Assembly (NCBI GenBank): GCA_051252135.1
Contig: JBPOGH010000008.1
Span: forward strand, 128,001 to 192,000
Length of the DNA: 64,000 bases
Direction: 5' to 3'
Source of the DNA: Verrucomicrobiaceae bacterium
GTDB taxonomy: Bacteria > Verrucomicrobiota > Verrucomicrobiia > Verrucomicrobiales > Akkermansiaceae
The notes under the pieces are model-generated. The model was not told the origin of the DNA and made no database searches. It saw nothing but the letters and a program-made list of their open reading frames with translations. Below are positions 19,600 through 30,181 of the stretch, piece by piece (position 1 is the first letter of the stretch; every line of letters begins with the position of its first letter). The position numbers and the translations under genes were made by a program.

Positions 19600-20079
19600 C
19601 TACAATTTCTTCTCCATGAAGAGGGCCTGACCCATCGCGGGGTCCAGCTCGTAGCCCTGAAACCCGTATTGTTCATAGACGTGCTTGGCGACGGTGTTTC
19701 CTTCGAGAACTTCGAGGGTGATCTTGCAGCAGCCAAGGGAACGGGCGACTTTTTCGACCTCTGACATAAGGCCCTTGGCGAGCCCCCGACCCCGATAGGC
19801 GGCAGTGATGGCGAAGTCGTGAATGTTGAGAATAGGCAGGCAGGCAAAGGTAGAAAAGGCCTCGAAGCAGATGGCGACGCCCACCGGAAAATCATTATCC
19901 ATTGCCAGGACAAGGTGACAGCTGGGGCGGGCAGCGAGTTTGGTGACGAGGTTCCTTTTTGTTTCCTCCGGCAGCCCTTCGCCGCCTCCGGTGATGCCGG
20001 ATGCGTATTCATTCATGAGAGAAATGAGAGCCTCCCGATGTTGGGCGTTGGTGAAATCGGGAGCAAAGAAGCGAACCAT
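19600..20079 (-). CDS. GNAT family N-acetyltransferase
   Basis: FSTF...LNIHD, RGRGLA, GCCKITLEVLEGN..A..Y...GF. The start at MVRFF is inferred. Confidence 0.88.
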   Translation of the reverse strand: MVRFFAPDFTNAQHREALISLMNEYASGITGGGEGLPEETKRNLVTKLAARPSCHLVLAMDNDFPVGVAICFEAFSTFACLPILNIHDFAITAAYRGRGLAKGLMSEVEKVARSLGCCKITLEVLEGNTVAKHVYEQYGFQGYELDPAMGQALFMEKKL

Positions 20080-20138
20080 CCTTGTACGTAAAAATTCCCC
20101 CCTTGAAGTGCAAGGGGGGAATTTTTGACGCGGGAGGG

Positions 20139-21383
20139 TTATTGGAGCTTCTCCAGAGCTTCCCTGGCCTCTCGTGAAACTTCTGAAACAGGGGCTTGGG
20201 TCAAAGATGCCTTGAAGAATTTTTTTGCCGCCCCTCTGTCCCCCCCGTCCCGGGCAATGAGTCCGGCATGGTATTGCATCGCGGGATATTTGACCCCCAC
20301 GGCTAGCGCGCGGTCCATTTGATCCCGCGCCTCGGAAAATTTTCCATTGGCGTGAAGCGCAAGGGCATAGGCCCAAAGCGTGCGGAAGTCCTGCCGGTTA
20401 CCCATTTCAATCCGGGCGATGCGAAGGGCTTCGGCGGGTTTGCCGGCGAACTCAGCATAATACTCGGTCAGCTCGCGGTTGGCGTTGTCGACGTTGGTGG
20501 ATTCGTTCAGGGCACCCTTCTCAAATTCCGCAAAGGCCTTTGCTGCCTCGTCATCTTTGCCGGCCCTCTTCAAGGCTTTGGCGAGGTAGTATTGATTCTC
20601 GGGATGAGGAGCGGCTTCGAAATGCCGGCGATGGAGAGCCAGTGCGCGGTCGAAATCCCCTTGGGCAGTGCGCACTTCAGCAAGGTTGAACAGGGCGTAG
20701 TGGTAGTCGGGAAAGAGCTTAAGCGCTTCCTGATGGGCGGCATCGGCAGCCTTCAACTCGTTCTTCAAAAGGAAAAGGTGCCCGAGATGGGTCAGGAGCC
20801 AGGCGCGGTCTTCAAGCTCGGCAGGGCGGATGCGGTTAAAGGCCTTTTTCATGAGATCAATGGCTCCATCAAAGTCGCCATAGTGCTCACGAAGGTAGGC
20901 CGCACGCGTGAGTCCGGGAGCGCCGCCGGGATCCATATCGAGAGCCCACTGCGCAGCGGTTTCAGCTTCCGCGTAGTTGCCGGTCTCGATGGCGGCATCG
21001 GTTTGCATCGCATGAACCATGGCGTCATCACCGGCGCGTTTGGCAAGCTCGCGGGATTTGCCAAGGGCCTTTTGGAATTCATGTTGGCCAAGGAGAATCC
21101 ACGCTTCGGCTTTGAGGGCCGGAAAATTGTTGGGTTCCAGTTGAAGGGCCTTTTCAACGGCCTCCATTCCGGCGGAATAGAATTCGCCATCGGCAGTCTC
21201 GCGGGCACGGGCGGCATAGGCCATGGCGAGGGGGGCGTAGAGATCGGCCTTCTCCGGTGAGGCTTCCACCCGTTTGGTGGCAGCGGCAATTTTAAGCTCG
21301 GCAGGAGAGAGATTCTCCTGCGCGGAAAGGAAGGTGCTCGCGAGCGCGAGCGCCCCGGCGATTGAAAGTTGAAGTGAAGTCAT
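20139..21383 (-). CDS. Exported tetratricopeptide-repeat protein associated with DUF4331
   Basis: Signal peptide and repeated helical TPR units; directly downstream of DUF4331. Confidence 0.8.
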   Translation of the reverse strand: MTSLQLSIAGALALASTFLSAQENLSPAELKIAAATKRVEASPEKADLYAPLAMAYAARARETADGEFYSAGMEAVEKALQLEPNNFPALKAEAWILLGQHEFQKALGKSRELAKRAGDDAMVHAMQTDAAIETGNYAEAETAAQWALDMDPGGAPGLTRAAYLREHYGDFDGAIDLMKKAFNRIRPAELEDRAWLLTHLGHLFLLKNELKAADAAHQEALKLFPDYHYALFNLAEVRTAQGDFDRALALHRRHFEAAPHPENQYYLAKALKRAGKDDEAAKAFAEFEKGALNESTNVDNANRELTEYYAEFAGKPAEALRIARIEMGNRQDFRTLWAYALALHANGKFSEARDQMDRALAVGVKYPAMQYHAGLIARDGGDRGAAKKFFKASLTQAPVSEVSREAREALEKLQ

Positions 21384-21410
21384 TGGACGGATCGTAAAAT
21401 TGGGTTTGAG

Positions 21411-21444
21411 AAAAATGGGGGAGGCCCCGAAGCGCCTCCCCCAT
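21411..21444 (-). terminator. Intrinsic terminator-like hairpin after DUF4331
   Basis: ATGGGGGAGGC...GCCTCCCCCAT 11-bp stem, with a T-run on the minus strand. Confidence 0.7.
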
Positions 21445-21488
21445 CATGTTGCTATGGCATGTGCTCAACAGTTGGGATTCGGATATGA

Positions 21489-23030
21489 TTAGTTTCCGCG
21501 TCCACTTGGAGCGCTACCGAGGTAAGGGAAGGTGGTCCGATACGCGGTGTCATTGGAGTTCACTCCATCACCGAGCATGTCATTGACTCCGGCGGTGAAA
21601 TAATCCCCATCAGCGGCAGGGGTGCCCCCGGCTAGGACTCCACCAACGACGACGCGCAGGGCGATGTCAGTGACATCGTCAAAAAGACGGCGACCATTTG
21701 GAAATCCGGCACTATCACCAGCGATGAATCCCAGGCGGCTGGCATTTGCAACCGGAGTGGCAGGAATCGTCAGATTGAGTCGGAGGAGATCGGCAATGGG
21801 ACCGGGATGATCCGAGTTCGCGGCGATGGGCGGAATATATTGAACCAGTGGGAAAAGGTCCGTGCGCGGAGGTGCGGGGATCCCCAGTGCTCCACCGTAA
21901 AGGGCATTTGCCACGCGGGCCACAACCGGATCGGTGACGAAGTCAGCGAACTGGGCGTCGTTGAGGGGCTGGTCCATGCTGAATTTGTTCTTCATGCCGG
22001 TGCCGATAATGAGCTCGTTGATCAACGGATTGCCCATGCGCTGAATTTGGCGGAACGTTCCGGAGCTGCGGGCGTCAAAGGGAGCGCGTCGCACGGTGAC
22101 CCGTGGGCGTGAGGTGGTCGCCCAAATCCCAAGGGTATCGGTAATTTCCGGTCCGCCGGCTGTGGCCGCGAGCACGGAAATAGGAACTTCAAGTGCGATC
22201 GCGTTGACGGCATAGCCGGCAACGTAGTCGGGAGCATAACTGGTAGTGGCTGCATCTTCGGCAGCAGTCATCACTCCGGGGATACCACTGGCTCCGGTGC
22301 GGAAGTTCACCGTGTCGAAAGCACCACCCAGATCGATCCAAAATGGATCATCAACCGTTCCCACGAACGATGACACTCCGGAGGTGAGTCCGGTATAGGT
22401 TCCCGCGGTGAAAAGGGCTTCGTAGTCCATTGTTCGGGGTCCGACGTTGGCCGGCACTGCATGCAACGGGCCTCCACCAACGATGGAAGTCTCACCGGAT
22501 GCGGTAATCATGGAAATGGTGTAGGTTTGAATCTGACCCAAACCGGCATCTGAAAATTCATCAATGCGGTCAGGCACCACGGGGGAACCGACCGTGCTCG
22601 CTCCAGCTGAATTGGGAGGTGAATTGGCAGGAGCATTTGCCCCCCCGGCGATTCCCGCCATGGTCGTGAAAACATTGGGAAGACGTTGCTCGGTGGTGAA
22701 ACGAAACTGAAACGTTACGTCGGCCTGGGCATCGTTGTTGTTGTCCACCTTGATCTCATAACTGATGTCATCATCGAAGGGAAAATAGTTCGGGCCGTTG
22801 CCCGGCTCAAGGAGCGGGTCAACACACATGATGAGAGTGACCGTGTCGGGATCGTTGCCGGGATCTGCGTCGCCATCATAGCTTCTGAAAGCGAAGATGT
22901 CGGTGATATCGGCCTTGTGATCGAGCGCGGTAATGGGCGCTTCGCGATGGTTCGCCGCCATTGCCTGTCCGGCAATGAGGGGAATGGTGCTGACGAGTGC
23001 GGCAGCAGATGTTGCGTATTTTCTTTTCAT
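21489..23030 (-). CDS. DUF4331 family exported protein
   Basis: ANHREAP, DITD.FAFRS, DDPF.IDLG, RMGNPLINE, GFPNGRRL.DDV.DI, FPYL. Confidence 0.92.
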   Translation of the reverse strand: MKRKYATSAAALVSTIPLIAGQAMAANHREAPITALDHKADITDIFAFRSYDGDADPGNDPDTVTLIMCVDPLLEPGNGPNYFPFDDDISYEIKVDNNNDAQADVTFQFRFTTEQRLPNVFTTMAGIAGGANAPANSPPNSAGASTVGSPVVPDRIDEFSDAGLGQIQTYTISMITASGETSIVGGGPLHAVPANVGPRTMDYEALFTAGTYTGLTSGVSSFVGTVDDPFWIDLGGAFDTVNFRTGASGIPGVMTAAEDAATTSYAPDYVAGYAVNAIALEVPISVLAATAGGPEITDTLGIWATTSRPRVTVRRAPFDARSSGTFRQIQRMGNPLINELIIGTGMKNKFSMDQPLNDAQFADFVTDPVVARVANALYGGALGIPAPPRTDLFPLVQYIPPIAANSDHPGPIADLLRLNLTIPATPVANASRLGFIAGDSAGFPNGRRLFDDVTDIALRVVVGGVLAGGTPAADGDYFTAGVNDMLGDGVNSNDTAYRTTFPYLGSAPSGRGN

Positions 23031-23070
23031 ATTTTTAGCGTTGATTTGAGAAGGTTTGCATCGGTGCGGC

Positions 23071-23958
23071 CTACGAGGCTTTTTCGATGCGGAAAAAATG
23101 GGATCTGCCGAGCTCGGCGATGTTGAATTCCACCCGCCCGTAGCCCCCGGAATCAGTCATGATTGATCCCCCGGAGGGTGAAATGATGGTGGGAAAGGAG
23201 CCTCCTGGCACCGGAGCTGCCTTGATGACATGCATGGAAGACGGGTCGGAGGTGAACTCGATGACGTAGGTCACAGGATCCAACAGACCTGCATTTTTGA
23301 CCACGACCGGAGCTGGAGGCGCCGTCTCTTCGAGCTGAAGGGAGATGGACCCGAGGGAAGCCACAATACCTGCCGCATTGACGTCATTTCCTCCGTCGAT
23401 AACCGCATCGAACTCGATGATGATGTCGTTCGACGGGGAGAAGGTTGAAGTCGAATCCGGCTCCATGATGCCCTCGGGCGCAACAAAGGAAAAGAGGGTG
23501 GCGAGTGAATCTCCGTTCGATCGGAGATCGATCAGAGTATCCACGCCTGCATTGGAATTTTCTCCAACAGTGGCGTCGAAAAGCGAGAGGGAGGCACGGT
23601 TTACAAACACCCCGGAAACCCTAAAGGAAAAGCGAAGTTGAAAAAAATCCTCGGCAGTGACTCCATCCATCACCTCGAAACGAAATCCCGGTTGGCCGGG
23701 GCTCGTGACAGGAACAACGTCAATAAAGTCGCTGAAGAATCCGGTCGCTCCTTCTTGCAAAGGGAGAAGTTGGAAATCAGAAAAGAGGGCGTTTCCAATG
23801 ATCACTCCGGTATCAAGCTCAAGGTACTCGGCAAGCGATCCTTCAAAGGCTGGCGTCTGGGCGGAAGCGATTCCCGAAAGCCCGAACATCATGCCCGCCA
23901 AGCCGCTGATCCGCCCAAGGTTCAAACGGCGGGCGGCGGGACATGATGCCAGGTTCAT
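23071..23958 (-). CDS. Exported hypothetical protein with C-terminal FFR domain
   Basis: Signal-like N-terminus, beta-rich body, ends in SHFFRIEKAS. Confidence 0.65.
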   Translation of the reverse strand: MNLASCPAARRLNLGRISGLAGMMFGLSGIASAQTPAFEGSLAEYLELDTGVIIGNALFSDFQLLPLQEGATGFFSDFIDVVPVTSPGQPGFRFEVMDGVTAEDFFQLRFSFRVSGVFVNRASLSLFDATVGENSNAGVDTLIDLRSNGDSLATLFSFVAPEGIMEPDSTSTFSPSNDIIIEFDAVIDGGNDVNAAGIVASLGSISLQLEETAPPAPVVVKNAGLLDPVTYVIEFTSDPSSMHVIKAAPVPGGSFPTIISPSGGSIMTDSGGYGRVEFNIAELGRSHFFRIEKAS

Positions 23959-23997
23959 TGCAGTATTGTCGGTTCAGGGTGAACATGCAGTGAAAAC

Positions 23998-24690
23998 CTA
24001 AGAGCGGCGGCGGCGGCCGATCAGTGCAAGGCAACCCACTCCGGCGAGAAGTGTGGCCCCGGGCTCCGGAACCACCTCGCGGGTAATTGAGTTGATGCTG
24101 AAAGAGACGCCCGGATCAATGGTCTCAAAATCAAAGGTAAGGGAGTCCAGCGATCCGAAGTCGACCCCTCCGTTTACAAATGCCGGATCATCAAAGGAGA
24201 AGGAGTAAAATCCACCGGTGGTCAGCGCGGGAATCGCGGCCTGCGCCATGCTTCCATCGCTGTCCGAGACCGTAAGACGGAGGTCAAGCGCCCCACCGGA
24301 AATACTTGCCAGGTCCACGCGGAGAAAATTCCAGTTGGTATTGAAGTCTGCTCCTCCCAGCCCGGCCGAACCTGCTCCATCATATCGGAGATTGAGAGAA
24401 CCAAGAGCGTCAGGACTATCAGCGGAAACGGCGAGCACGATGGCACCATTGGTTCCCACAGGTCCCGGCCCAACGGGAGCATTTACCGAGGCAGTGAGGG
24501 ATCCAAGGTCAGCGGTCAAGACGACTTCGCGCTCGCCACCCAGGAGATTTCCACCGGCTCCGGTTTGAATGGCACTGTTGGTGGCATCGGTTGCGCTGAG
24601 GCTGAATCCGCCATCGCTGATGAAGTCAACGTGGTTGGCATGGGCCGACGCAAGCGCGAGGGACGAGAGGGAAAGAATGCGGTAGTTCAT
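23998..24690 (-). CDS. PEP-CTERM sorting domain protein
   Basis: Start MNYRILSLSSLALASAHA (signal); ends VPEPG + TM + RRRR. Confidence 0.88.
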   Translation of the reverse strand: MNYRILSLSSLALASAHANHVDFISDGGFSLSATDATNSAIQTGAGGNLLGGEREVVLTADLGSLTASVNAPVGPGPVGTNGAIVLAVSADSPDALGSLNLRYDGAGSAGLGGADFNTNWNFLRVDLASISGGALDLRLTVSDSDGSMAQAAIPALTTGGFYSFSFDDPAFVNGGVDFGSLDSLTFDFETIDPGVSFSINSITREVVPEPGATLLAGVGCLALIGRRRRS

Positions 24691-24747
24691 AATTTTAGTG
24701 ATCGGTTGGTGCCAGTCGCACCTGCTTTCGAAAGATTCATTGCAAGC

Positions 24748-24773
24748 AACGAAGAAGTCCGGAGACCGGATGC
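24748..24773 (-). promoter_or_regulatory. Possible SigK-like ECF promoter for the PEP-CTERM/DUF4331 unit
   Basis: Minus strand reads GCATCC-N15-TCGTT, resembling the CCATCC-N15-CCGAA SigK-type consensus. Confidence 0.35.
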
Positions 24774-24912
24774 AACAAATGAGCCTTTTTCCATAATCCG
24801 GTTTCCCCGACCCTTCGTTGACTGGGTCGATGAGCGGCTTCAGGTCAGGCGCTTCAAAGAAGCGGGGAAGTTTTCCCTTGTCCTTAATCAATTCATCAAC
24901 GAGAGATCCAAG

Positions 24913-25569
24913 ATGGCCAAACCGGAATCCTGTCTTACCCAAAAACCGCGTTCTGCACTGAAATGGGTCACGTTGGCAGCGTTGTGCACGACCGCGTTCT
25001 TCGCTGTTGTGGTCTTCCCGCCAAGGGATGCTGAAGACAACGGGGTAGCTCGCGAAGCAGACCAACAATTGAAAATCGTGGCACGGACAGATCCGGAATT
25101 CCCCGGTAGTGCCTCGTTCACAAAGCACACCCAATCTGCCAAATCCGGACTCCTGAAAGGGGAAAATCTACACGATGAAGTCCAGGGGGTCATCGACAGT
25201 AAGGGGCCTGAAAAGGCGGCCAACATCCTGCGTGACCGATACCGGGCGACTCCGGCCATCCAAAGACAGGCCATTGAACTGGTCGCTTCCACTTGGGCGG
25301 AATTAGCTCCACGTGAAACCTGGAAATGGATAGCGGACAACCTTGTCGAAAATGAGTCCTCGGTGACTGAAGAGGAAAAAACCAAGCTGTGGCGCGCGGC
25401 TGTGAGTGGCTACATCGGCGGAGCAGTGGTCAGCGATCCGGAGAGCGCGGCCGGCGCGGCCGAACTGTTGGAACCCACGACAGACGCCACCGATGATAAA
25501 ATTCTACGGGAGTATCCCGGCGATCCGGGGAGACCGAAGGATCCGGATTTTTTGACCAAAGAGCGATAG
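24913..25569 (+). CDS. Hypothetical membrane-anchored protein
   Basis: N-terminal TM followed by a helical domain (VASTWAELAPRETWKWI). The start is inferred. Confidence 0.55.
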   Translation: MAKPESCLTQKPRSALKWVTLAALCTTAFFAVVVFPPRDAEDNGVAREADQQLKIVARTDPEFPGSASFTKHTQSAKSGLLKGENLHDEVQGVIDSKGPEKAANILRDRYRATPAIQRQAIELVASTWAELAPRETWKWIADNLVENESSVTEEEKTKLWRAAVSGYIGGAVVSDPESAAGAAELLEPTTDATDDKILREYPGDPGRPKDPDFLTKER

Positions 25570-25638
25570 TTTGCCCACTGCCGGCCCATCTCTCCCACTC
25601 TTTGCAATCTTTACACGCCACTGCCCGTAGAGCTTTAC

Positions 25639-26373
25639 ATGGCTCCGTTCCGTACTCCTCTTATCACACTTCTTTCCTTCGGCATTCTTGGCACTCCACT
25701 CATCGCCGGGCCCGATCAGGAAGCTCCCCCCAAAGCGTTAATCGATGGCACCGGACCCGGGTGGAAACCACTCGGGGAAGCCGACTTCGTCAACGTCAAC
25801 TGCAAGCCCGATACCTGGACCTGGAAAGAGGGTCACGCCTTTTGCACCGGCCAACCCGTCGGTGTCATCCGCTCCAAGGCTCCCATCAAAAACTTCGAAC
25901 TCGTCTGCGAATGGATGCACAAAAAAGATGCCGGAAATTCAGGCGTCTTCCTCTGGGCCAGTGAGGATTCCATCAAAAAACTCGAAGCCGGCAACGGCCT
26001 GCTTCCCGATGGCATTGAAGTCCAGGTTCTCGACCTCGGATACGCCGCCCAATACGAAAAGCAGACCAAAAAACCCGCCGACTGGTTCACCTCCCACGGC
26101 GACGTCTTCCCCACCGGACCCGCCAAAATGACCCCCTTCCCACCCGTCGCCCCCAACGGCAAACGCAGCTTCCCCAGCAAAAATCTCACCAAAGGAATCA
26201 ACCGGTGGAACCACTACTACATCCGTGCCATCAACGGAGAAGTGCGCCTCTGGGTCAATGGCGAGGAAGTCTCCGGCGGAACCAACTGCGACCCCGCCAA
26301 CGGCTACCTCTGCCTCGAGTCCGAAGGCTCACCCATCGAATTCAAAAACATCCGCCTTCGCATCCTCCCCTGA
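25639..26373 (+). CDS. DUF1080 (3-keto-disaccharide hydrolase) family protein
   Basis: NFEL..EW, GNSGVF, IEVQVLD, WNHYYI, G.LCLESEG.PIEFKNI. Confidence 0.92.
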   Translation: MAPFRTPLITLLSFGILGTPLIAGPDQEAPPKALIDGTGPGWKPLGEADFVNVNCKPDTWTWKEGHAFCTGQPVGVIRSKAPIKNFELVCEWMHKKDAGNSGVFLWASEDSIKKLEAGNGLLPDGIEVQVLDLGYAAQYEKQTKKPADWFTSHGDVFPTGPAKMTPFPPVAPNGKRSFPSKNLTKGINRWNHYYIRAINGEVRLWVNGEEVSGGTNCDPANGYLCLESEGSPIEFKNIRLRILP

Positions 26374-26457
26374 TCAGCGGATGATCGGGGGCAAACTGTT
26401 CCGCGATGATTCCAACCGTGCTCTGGACGCCACCGCAGTTTGAGCCTAGTCTGACGC

Positions 26458-28128
26458 GTGTCCCCTTTCAATCGAGTCCTCTGGCCCCTGCTCATCGTCC
26501 TCATCGGTTTTGCAGGTCCTCTCACCGCGCAGGAGAACAAGGACGCACCGGCCGATGCCGCACCGGAACTCAGCGATCAGCAAAAAACGCTCATCCTTCT
26601 CAACAAACGGCTCCTCCAACTCAGAGCCGACCTCAAGACTCTTCCCAAAAAATCATCCTCCCTCACTAAGGATGAAATCCTCCTCGAAGAACAACGTCTC
26701 AAGGAAGAAGTTCAGGAAACCCGCGACGAAATCTCAAAAATTGCCACCGGCGTCGACCTTTCCTCACTCGACGGCGTCAATGAGGAAGCCCTCGACCTCG
26801 CACGCGAGTTCTCCCTCGCCGTCGAACCCCTCATCCGTGAGTTTAAAGAGGTCACCTCCGACCAAAAGGAAACCGAAAAACTCCGCCAGGATGTCGGCAT
26901 CCTCACCGCCCAGTCAAACGCGGCAGAAGCCGCCGTCCAGAATCTAAAGGCCACCCTCGGGGAAACCACAGACCAGGATCTCAAAGCCACCCTTGAAGAC
27001 GAACTCACCCGCTGGGAGAAGCGGGCTCTGGAGCTCAGCACCAAGGTCCAGGCAACACGGTTTCAGCTGGAAGAACGCCTTCGCAACAAACCCACCATCC
27101 TTCAGGCTCTCTCCGACACCGTAGCCAACTTCTTCCGCAGCCGGGGGGCCCACCTCCTGTTCGCCCTCGCCGTATCAATCGCCATCTTCCTCCTCCTGCG
27201 CCTTGCCGGTCGATCCATCACCCGACTCCGCTCCAAAAAACAGGAACGTCACGTCACCTTCACCGAGCGCCTCCTCAGTCTCTCATACACCATTTTCACT
27301 CTCCTTGGGGCCATCGGAGCCTTTCTCCTGACCCTCTGGCTCGCAAACGATTGGGTCCTGCTCACCCTCGCGATCCTTCTTATCCTTGGCGCCATTTGGG
27401 CCGGAAAAAATACCGTTTCCCTCTATTTCGAACAAGCCAAGCTCATGCTCAACCTCGGAACCGTGCGGGCATGGGAGAGAGTCGTTTACGAGGGGATCTC
27501 CTGGGAAGTCCAGCGAATCGCTCCCTACACCACCCTCTGCAATCCCCAGCTCGATGGCGGCATGATCCGGCTCCCCCTGAGAGACCTCCAAGACCTCCAC
27601 TCACGGCCTACCAGCGAAAGCGAACTTTGGTTTCCCTGTGGCAAGGATGACTGGGTGGAACTTTCCGACGGAACCTTCGGCAAGGTCATCCAGCAGACTC
27701 CGGACTACGTCCACCTCGTCAAACTCGGCGGCACCCGCATGGTCATCCCCACGGCCGATTTCCTCTCTCTTCACCCTCAGAATCTCTCCAAGAACTACCG
27801 CATCCAGGTCATCTTTGGGATCGACTACGCCCATCAGGATATCGCCACCACCACCGTTCCTAAAATCTTCGAGGAAGCTCTCCGACAGGAATATCTCGAA
27901 CTATTGGGCAAGGACCAGGTCTTCAGCATCCGGGTCCTCTTCACCTCCGCTGGCGCTTCCTCGCTCGACTACCGCATCATCATCGATCTCACCGGCGAAC
28001 TCGCTCCCAGGCGCTCCGCTCTCCGTGATCTTGCCAGCACCGTATGTGTCAATGTCTGCAATGAACAAGGATGGGCCATCCCCTTCACACAGATCACGAT
28101 CCATCAGGCGGATGCCACTGCGAATTAG
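26458..28128 (+). CDS. MscS/MscK-like membrane protein with periplasmic coiled coil
   Basis: Signal, long coiled coil, three TM segments, then NLS...FGIDY...SSLDY...IPFTQIT.H (MscS-like end). Confidence 0.7.
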   Translation: MSPFNRVLWPLLIVLIGFAGPLTAQENKDAPADAAPELSDQQKTLILLNKRLLQLRADLKTLPKKSSSLTKDEILLEEQRLKEEVQETRDEISKIATGVDLSSLDGVNEEALDLAREFSLAVEPLIREFKEVTSDQKETEKLRQDVGILTAQSNAAEAAVQNLKATLGETTDQDLKATLEDELTRWEKRALELSTKVQATRFQLEERLRNKPTILQALSDTVANFFRSRGAHLLFALAVSIAIFLLLRLAGRSITRLRSKKQERHVTFTERLLSLSYTIFTLLGAIGAFLLTLWLANDWVLLTLAILLILGAIWAGKNTVSLYFEQAKLMLNLGTVRAWERVVYEGISWEVQRIAPYTTLCNPQLDGGMIRLPLRDLQDLHSRPTSESELWFPCGKDDWVELSDGTFGKVIQQTPDYVHLVKLGGTRMVIPTADFLSLHPQNLSKNYRIQVIFGIDYAHQDIATTTVPKIFEEALRQEYLELLGKDQVFSIRVLFTSAGASSLDYRIIIDLTGELAPRRSALRDLASTVCVNVCNEQGWAIPFTQITIHQADATAN

Positions 28129-28151
28129 GACAACGGGTCGCAATTCTGACC

Positions 28152-28814
28152 TCAGCCACGACGACGGCCCAAAAGAGAAACCGGGGCCATCAACAGCAAG
28201 AACACCGCGGAGGGCTCTGGCACCGTCACGAAAACATCACGGATGGCGTCGAAGCTTTCGGATGTAAAACTACTCGCCTCAATGACCTGAAGATCCGGAT
28301 CATCCACCATAAAATCCACCCCGTTGGGATTCCATCCCGATCCCACCCCGATGACAATCGGAACAATATCCCGGGTCTCAAGCGTGTCCCTGATTCCATT
28401 CATCTGGGCTGGTCCGAGACTGCCAAAACTCCCGTCGGTCACAAAGAACATCAACTTGGGAGTTTCGGCCGCGCTCTGACCATCAAAAAGTGATCCTGCA
28501 AAGTTGATCCCCGCCACCAAATCTCCCGCCTGGCCCGGATTAAAGATCAAGTTCCGCGCCACATTCGCAGCCACACCACGGTCCTGATTATCGGTGAATT
28601 GATGGGCTACGGTCCCGCTTGTGGTAAAATGGGCAATCGCTACTCGCTCCGATTCAGACAGCCCCGTTTCAATCACGCTCGCCGCAAATTCGATCCCTTG
28701 ATTCCAGCCCGCATTGCCGACTGATCCACTCGCATCATGGAGAAAAAGAATATCCTGTGCATACCCGGTAGAGATACCGGTAACCACGATCAACAAAGGA
28801 AAAGCAGCACGCAT
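28152..28814 (-). CDS. vWA-domain PEP-CTERM protein
   Basis: FLHDASGSV (MIDAS), FVTDG, VIGVG; ends VPEPS + TM + RRR. Confidence 0.88.
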   Translation of the reverse strand: MRAAFPLLIVVTGISTGYAQDILFLHDASGSVGNAGWNQGIEFAASVIETGLSESERVAIAHFTTSGTVAHQFTDNQDRGVAANVARNLIFNPGQAGDLVAGINFAGSLFDGQSAAETPKLMFFVTDGSFGSLGPAQMNGIRDTLETRDIVPIVIGVGSGWNPNGVDFMVDDPDLQVIEASSFTSESFDAIRDVFVTVPEPSAVFLLLMAPVSLLGRRRG

Positions 28815-28858
28815 TTTGTTCAAGAGTTTTAATTATATGGTTTTATGGATATTCTTCA

Positions 28859-30181
28859 ATGTCCGATTACTTCTCCCTCAATTCATGCCTCTCTTTTCCC
28901 AATGAAAGCACAGCCAAACCTTCGTTTTCCCGCCACCATGCCCCACACCTGACCAATCACTTCCAGCCCCTGCTTAAGCAATGGTGCGACGAGCCATTCC
29001 GACTCTTCTTCCCACTCGGCTTTTGCGCCTCCATCATCGGCGTCCTTCTTTGGCCAGCCTACTATCACGATCTCATCACCTTCTATCCCTTCGAAGCCCA
29101 CGCCCGCCTCATGGTCCTCGGCTTCGCCGGCTCTCTCATCACCGGTTTTCTGGGCACGGCCGGACCACGCCTGATCGGCAGCGCCCCTTGGTCCCTCTTC
29201 GAATTGATATGGCACAGCAGCATCGCCACCACGGTCATCCTCCTCCTTTGCTTCAATCACATCACCCCTGCCGATCTCTGCACCGGCTTTTGGTTCCTCG
29301 GCATCCTCGGCAGCATACTCTTCCGCCTCCTTCTGGATCGTCACGATGTCCCTCCCCCCGGCCTCCCCCTCGCTGCCCTCGGCCTTCTCCTCACCGCCCT
29401 TGCCGCCTTTACCCTCAGCCTCCACCCCATCATCCGCCTCAGCCATCCCGTCTATTCGTTCTGGCGCTTAACCTACTTTCAGGGCCTCCTCTGGCTTCCC
29501 ATCCTCGGCGTCGCCCCCTACCTCCTCCCTCGCTTCTTCAACCAATCCTCACCCCATTCCTTCAACGAATCCCTCACCATCCCCACCGGTTGGAAACCCC
29601 TCTTCGTCCGCACTCTCGCCATCGGTCTCCTCTTCCTCGCCACCTTCGCCATCGAGGGCTGGGTCCACCCCGCCGCCGGCCTCGCCCTCCGCGGCCTCAT
29701 CGTCGCAGCCTCCCTTTGGACTTCGGTCCCCGGCCTCTTCTCCCTCCAAAAAATCTCCGCCCTCGCCACCGCAACCCGCTGGGTCCCTCTCTGCGCTCTC
29801 GGCGGTTGGCTCCTCGCCTCCCTCTACCCCGCCCAACGCATCGGCATGATGCACCTCATGTTTATCGGTAGCGCCGGACTTCTCATGCTCTGCGCCGCCA
29901 CCAGAGTCATCCTCGGCCACAATGAACGCCACGATCGTCTCGCCACTCCCATGCGCTGGTTCCATCTCCTCACCGGACTCGTCCTCCTCACCGCCGCCAC
30001 CCGCCTGACCTCCGACTTCATCCTCACTGTAAGAATCACCCATTTTACCTACGCTTCCATCCTTTGGGTCGTCATCGTTCTGTTCTGGCGTTGGAAATTA
30101 CAACGCGAACTCCTCGCCCCGCGCGATCAGGACCCCGCCCCAAAGCGCAAATGCCCCCGCCGCCCCACTTCCAACCCATGA
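28859..30181 (+). CDS. nnrS: NnrS family membrane protein
   Basis: EPFRLFFPLG, HARLM..GF, GFLGTA.PR, HLMFIG, ATRVILGH. The start is uncertain. Confidence 0.82.
   Translation: MSDYFSLNSCLSFPNESTAKPSFSRHHAPHLTNHFQPLLKQWCDEPFRLFFPLGFCASIIGVLLWPAYYHDLITFYPFEAHARLMVLGFAGSLITGFLGTAGPRLIGSAPWSLFELIWHSSIATTVILLLCFNHITPADLCTGFWFLGILGSILFRLLLDRHDVPPPGLPLAALGLLLTALAAFTLSLHPIIRLSHPVYSFWRLTYFQGLLWLPILGVAPYLLPRFFNQSSPHSFNESLTIPTGWKPLFVRTLAIGLLFLATFAIEGWVHPAAGLALRGLIVAASLWTSVPGLFSLQKISALATATRWVPLCALGGWLLASLYPAQRIGMMHLMFIGSAGLLMLCAATRVILGHNERHDRLATPMRWFHLLTGLVLLTAATRLTSDFILTVRITHFTYASILWVVIVLFWRWKLQRELLAPRDQDPAPKRKCPRRPTSNP

Noticed and set aside
25305..25320. AGCTCCACGTGAAACC as a third parS
   Set aside because: Three mismatches to the consensus, not palindromic and isolated; chance cannot be excluded.
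28830..28870. Second Rrf2 operator upstream of nnrS
   Set aside because: GGATA...TGTCC half-sites differ from the nirK site in both sequence and spacing.
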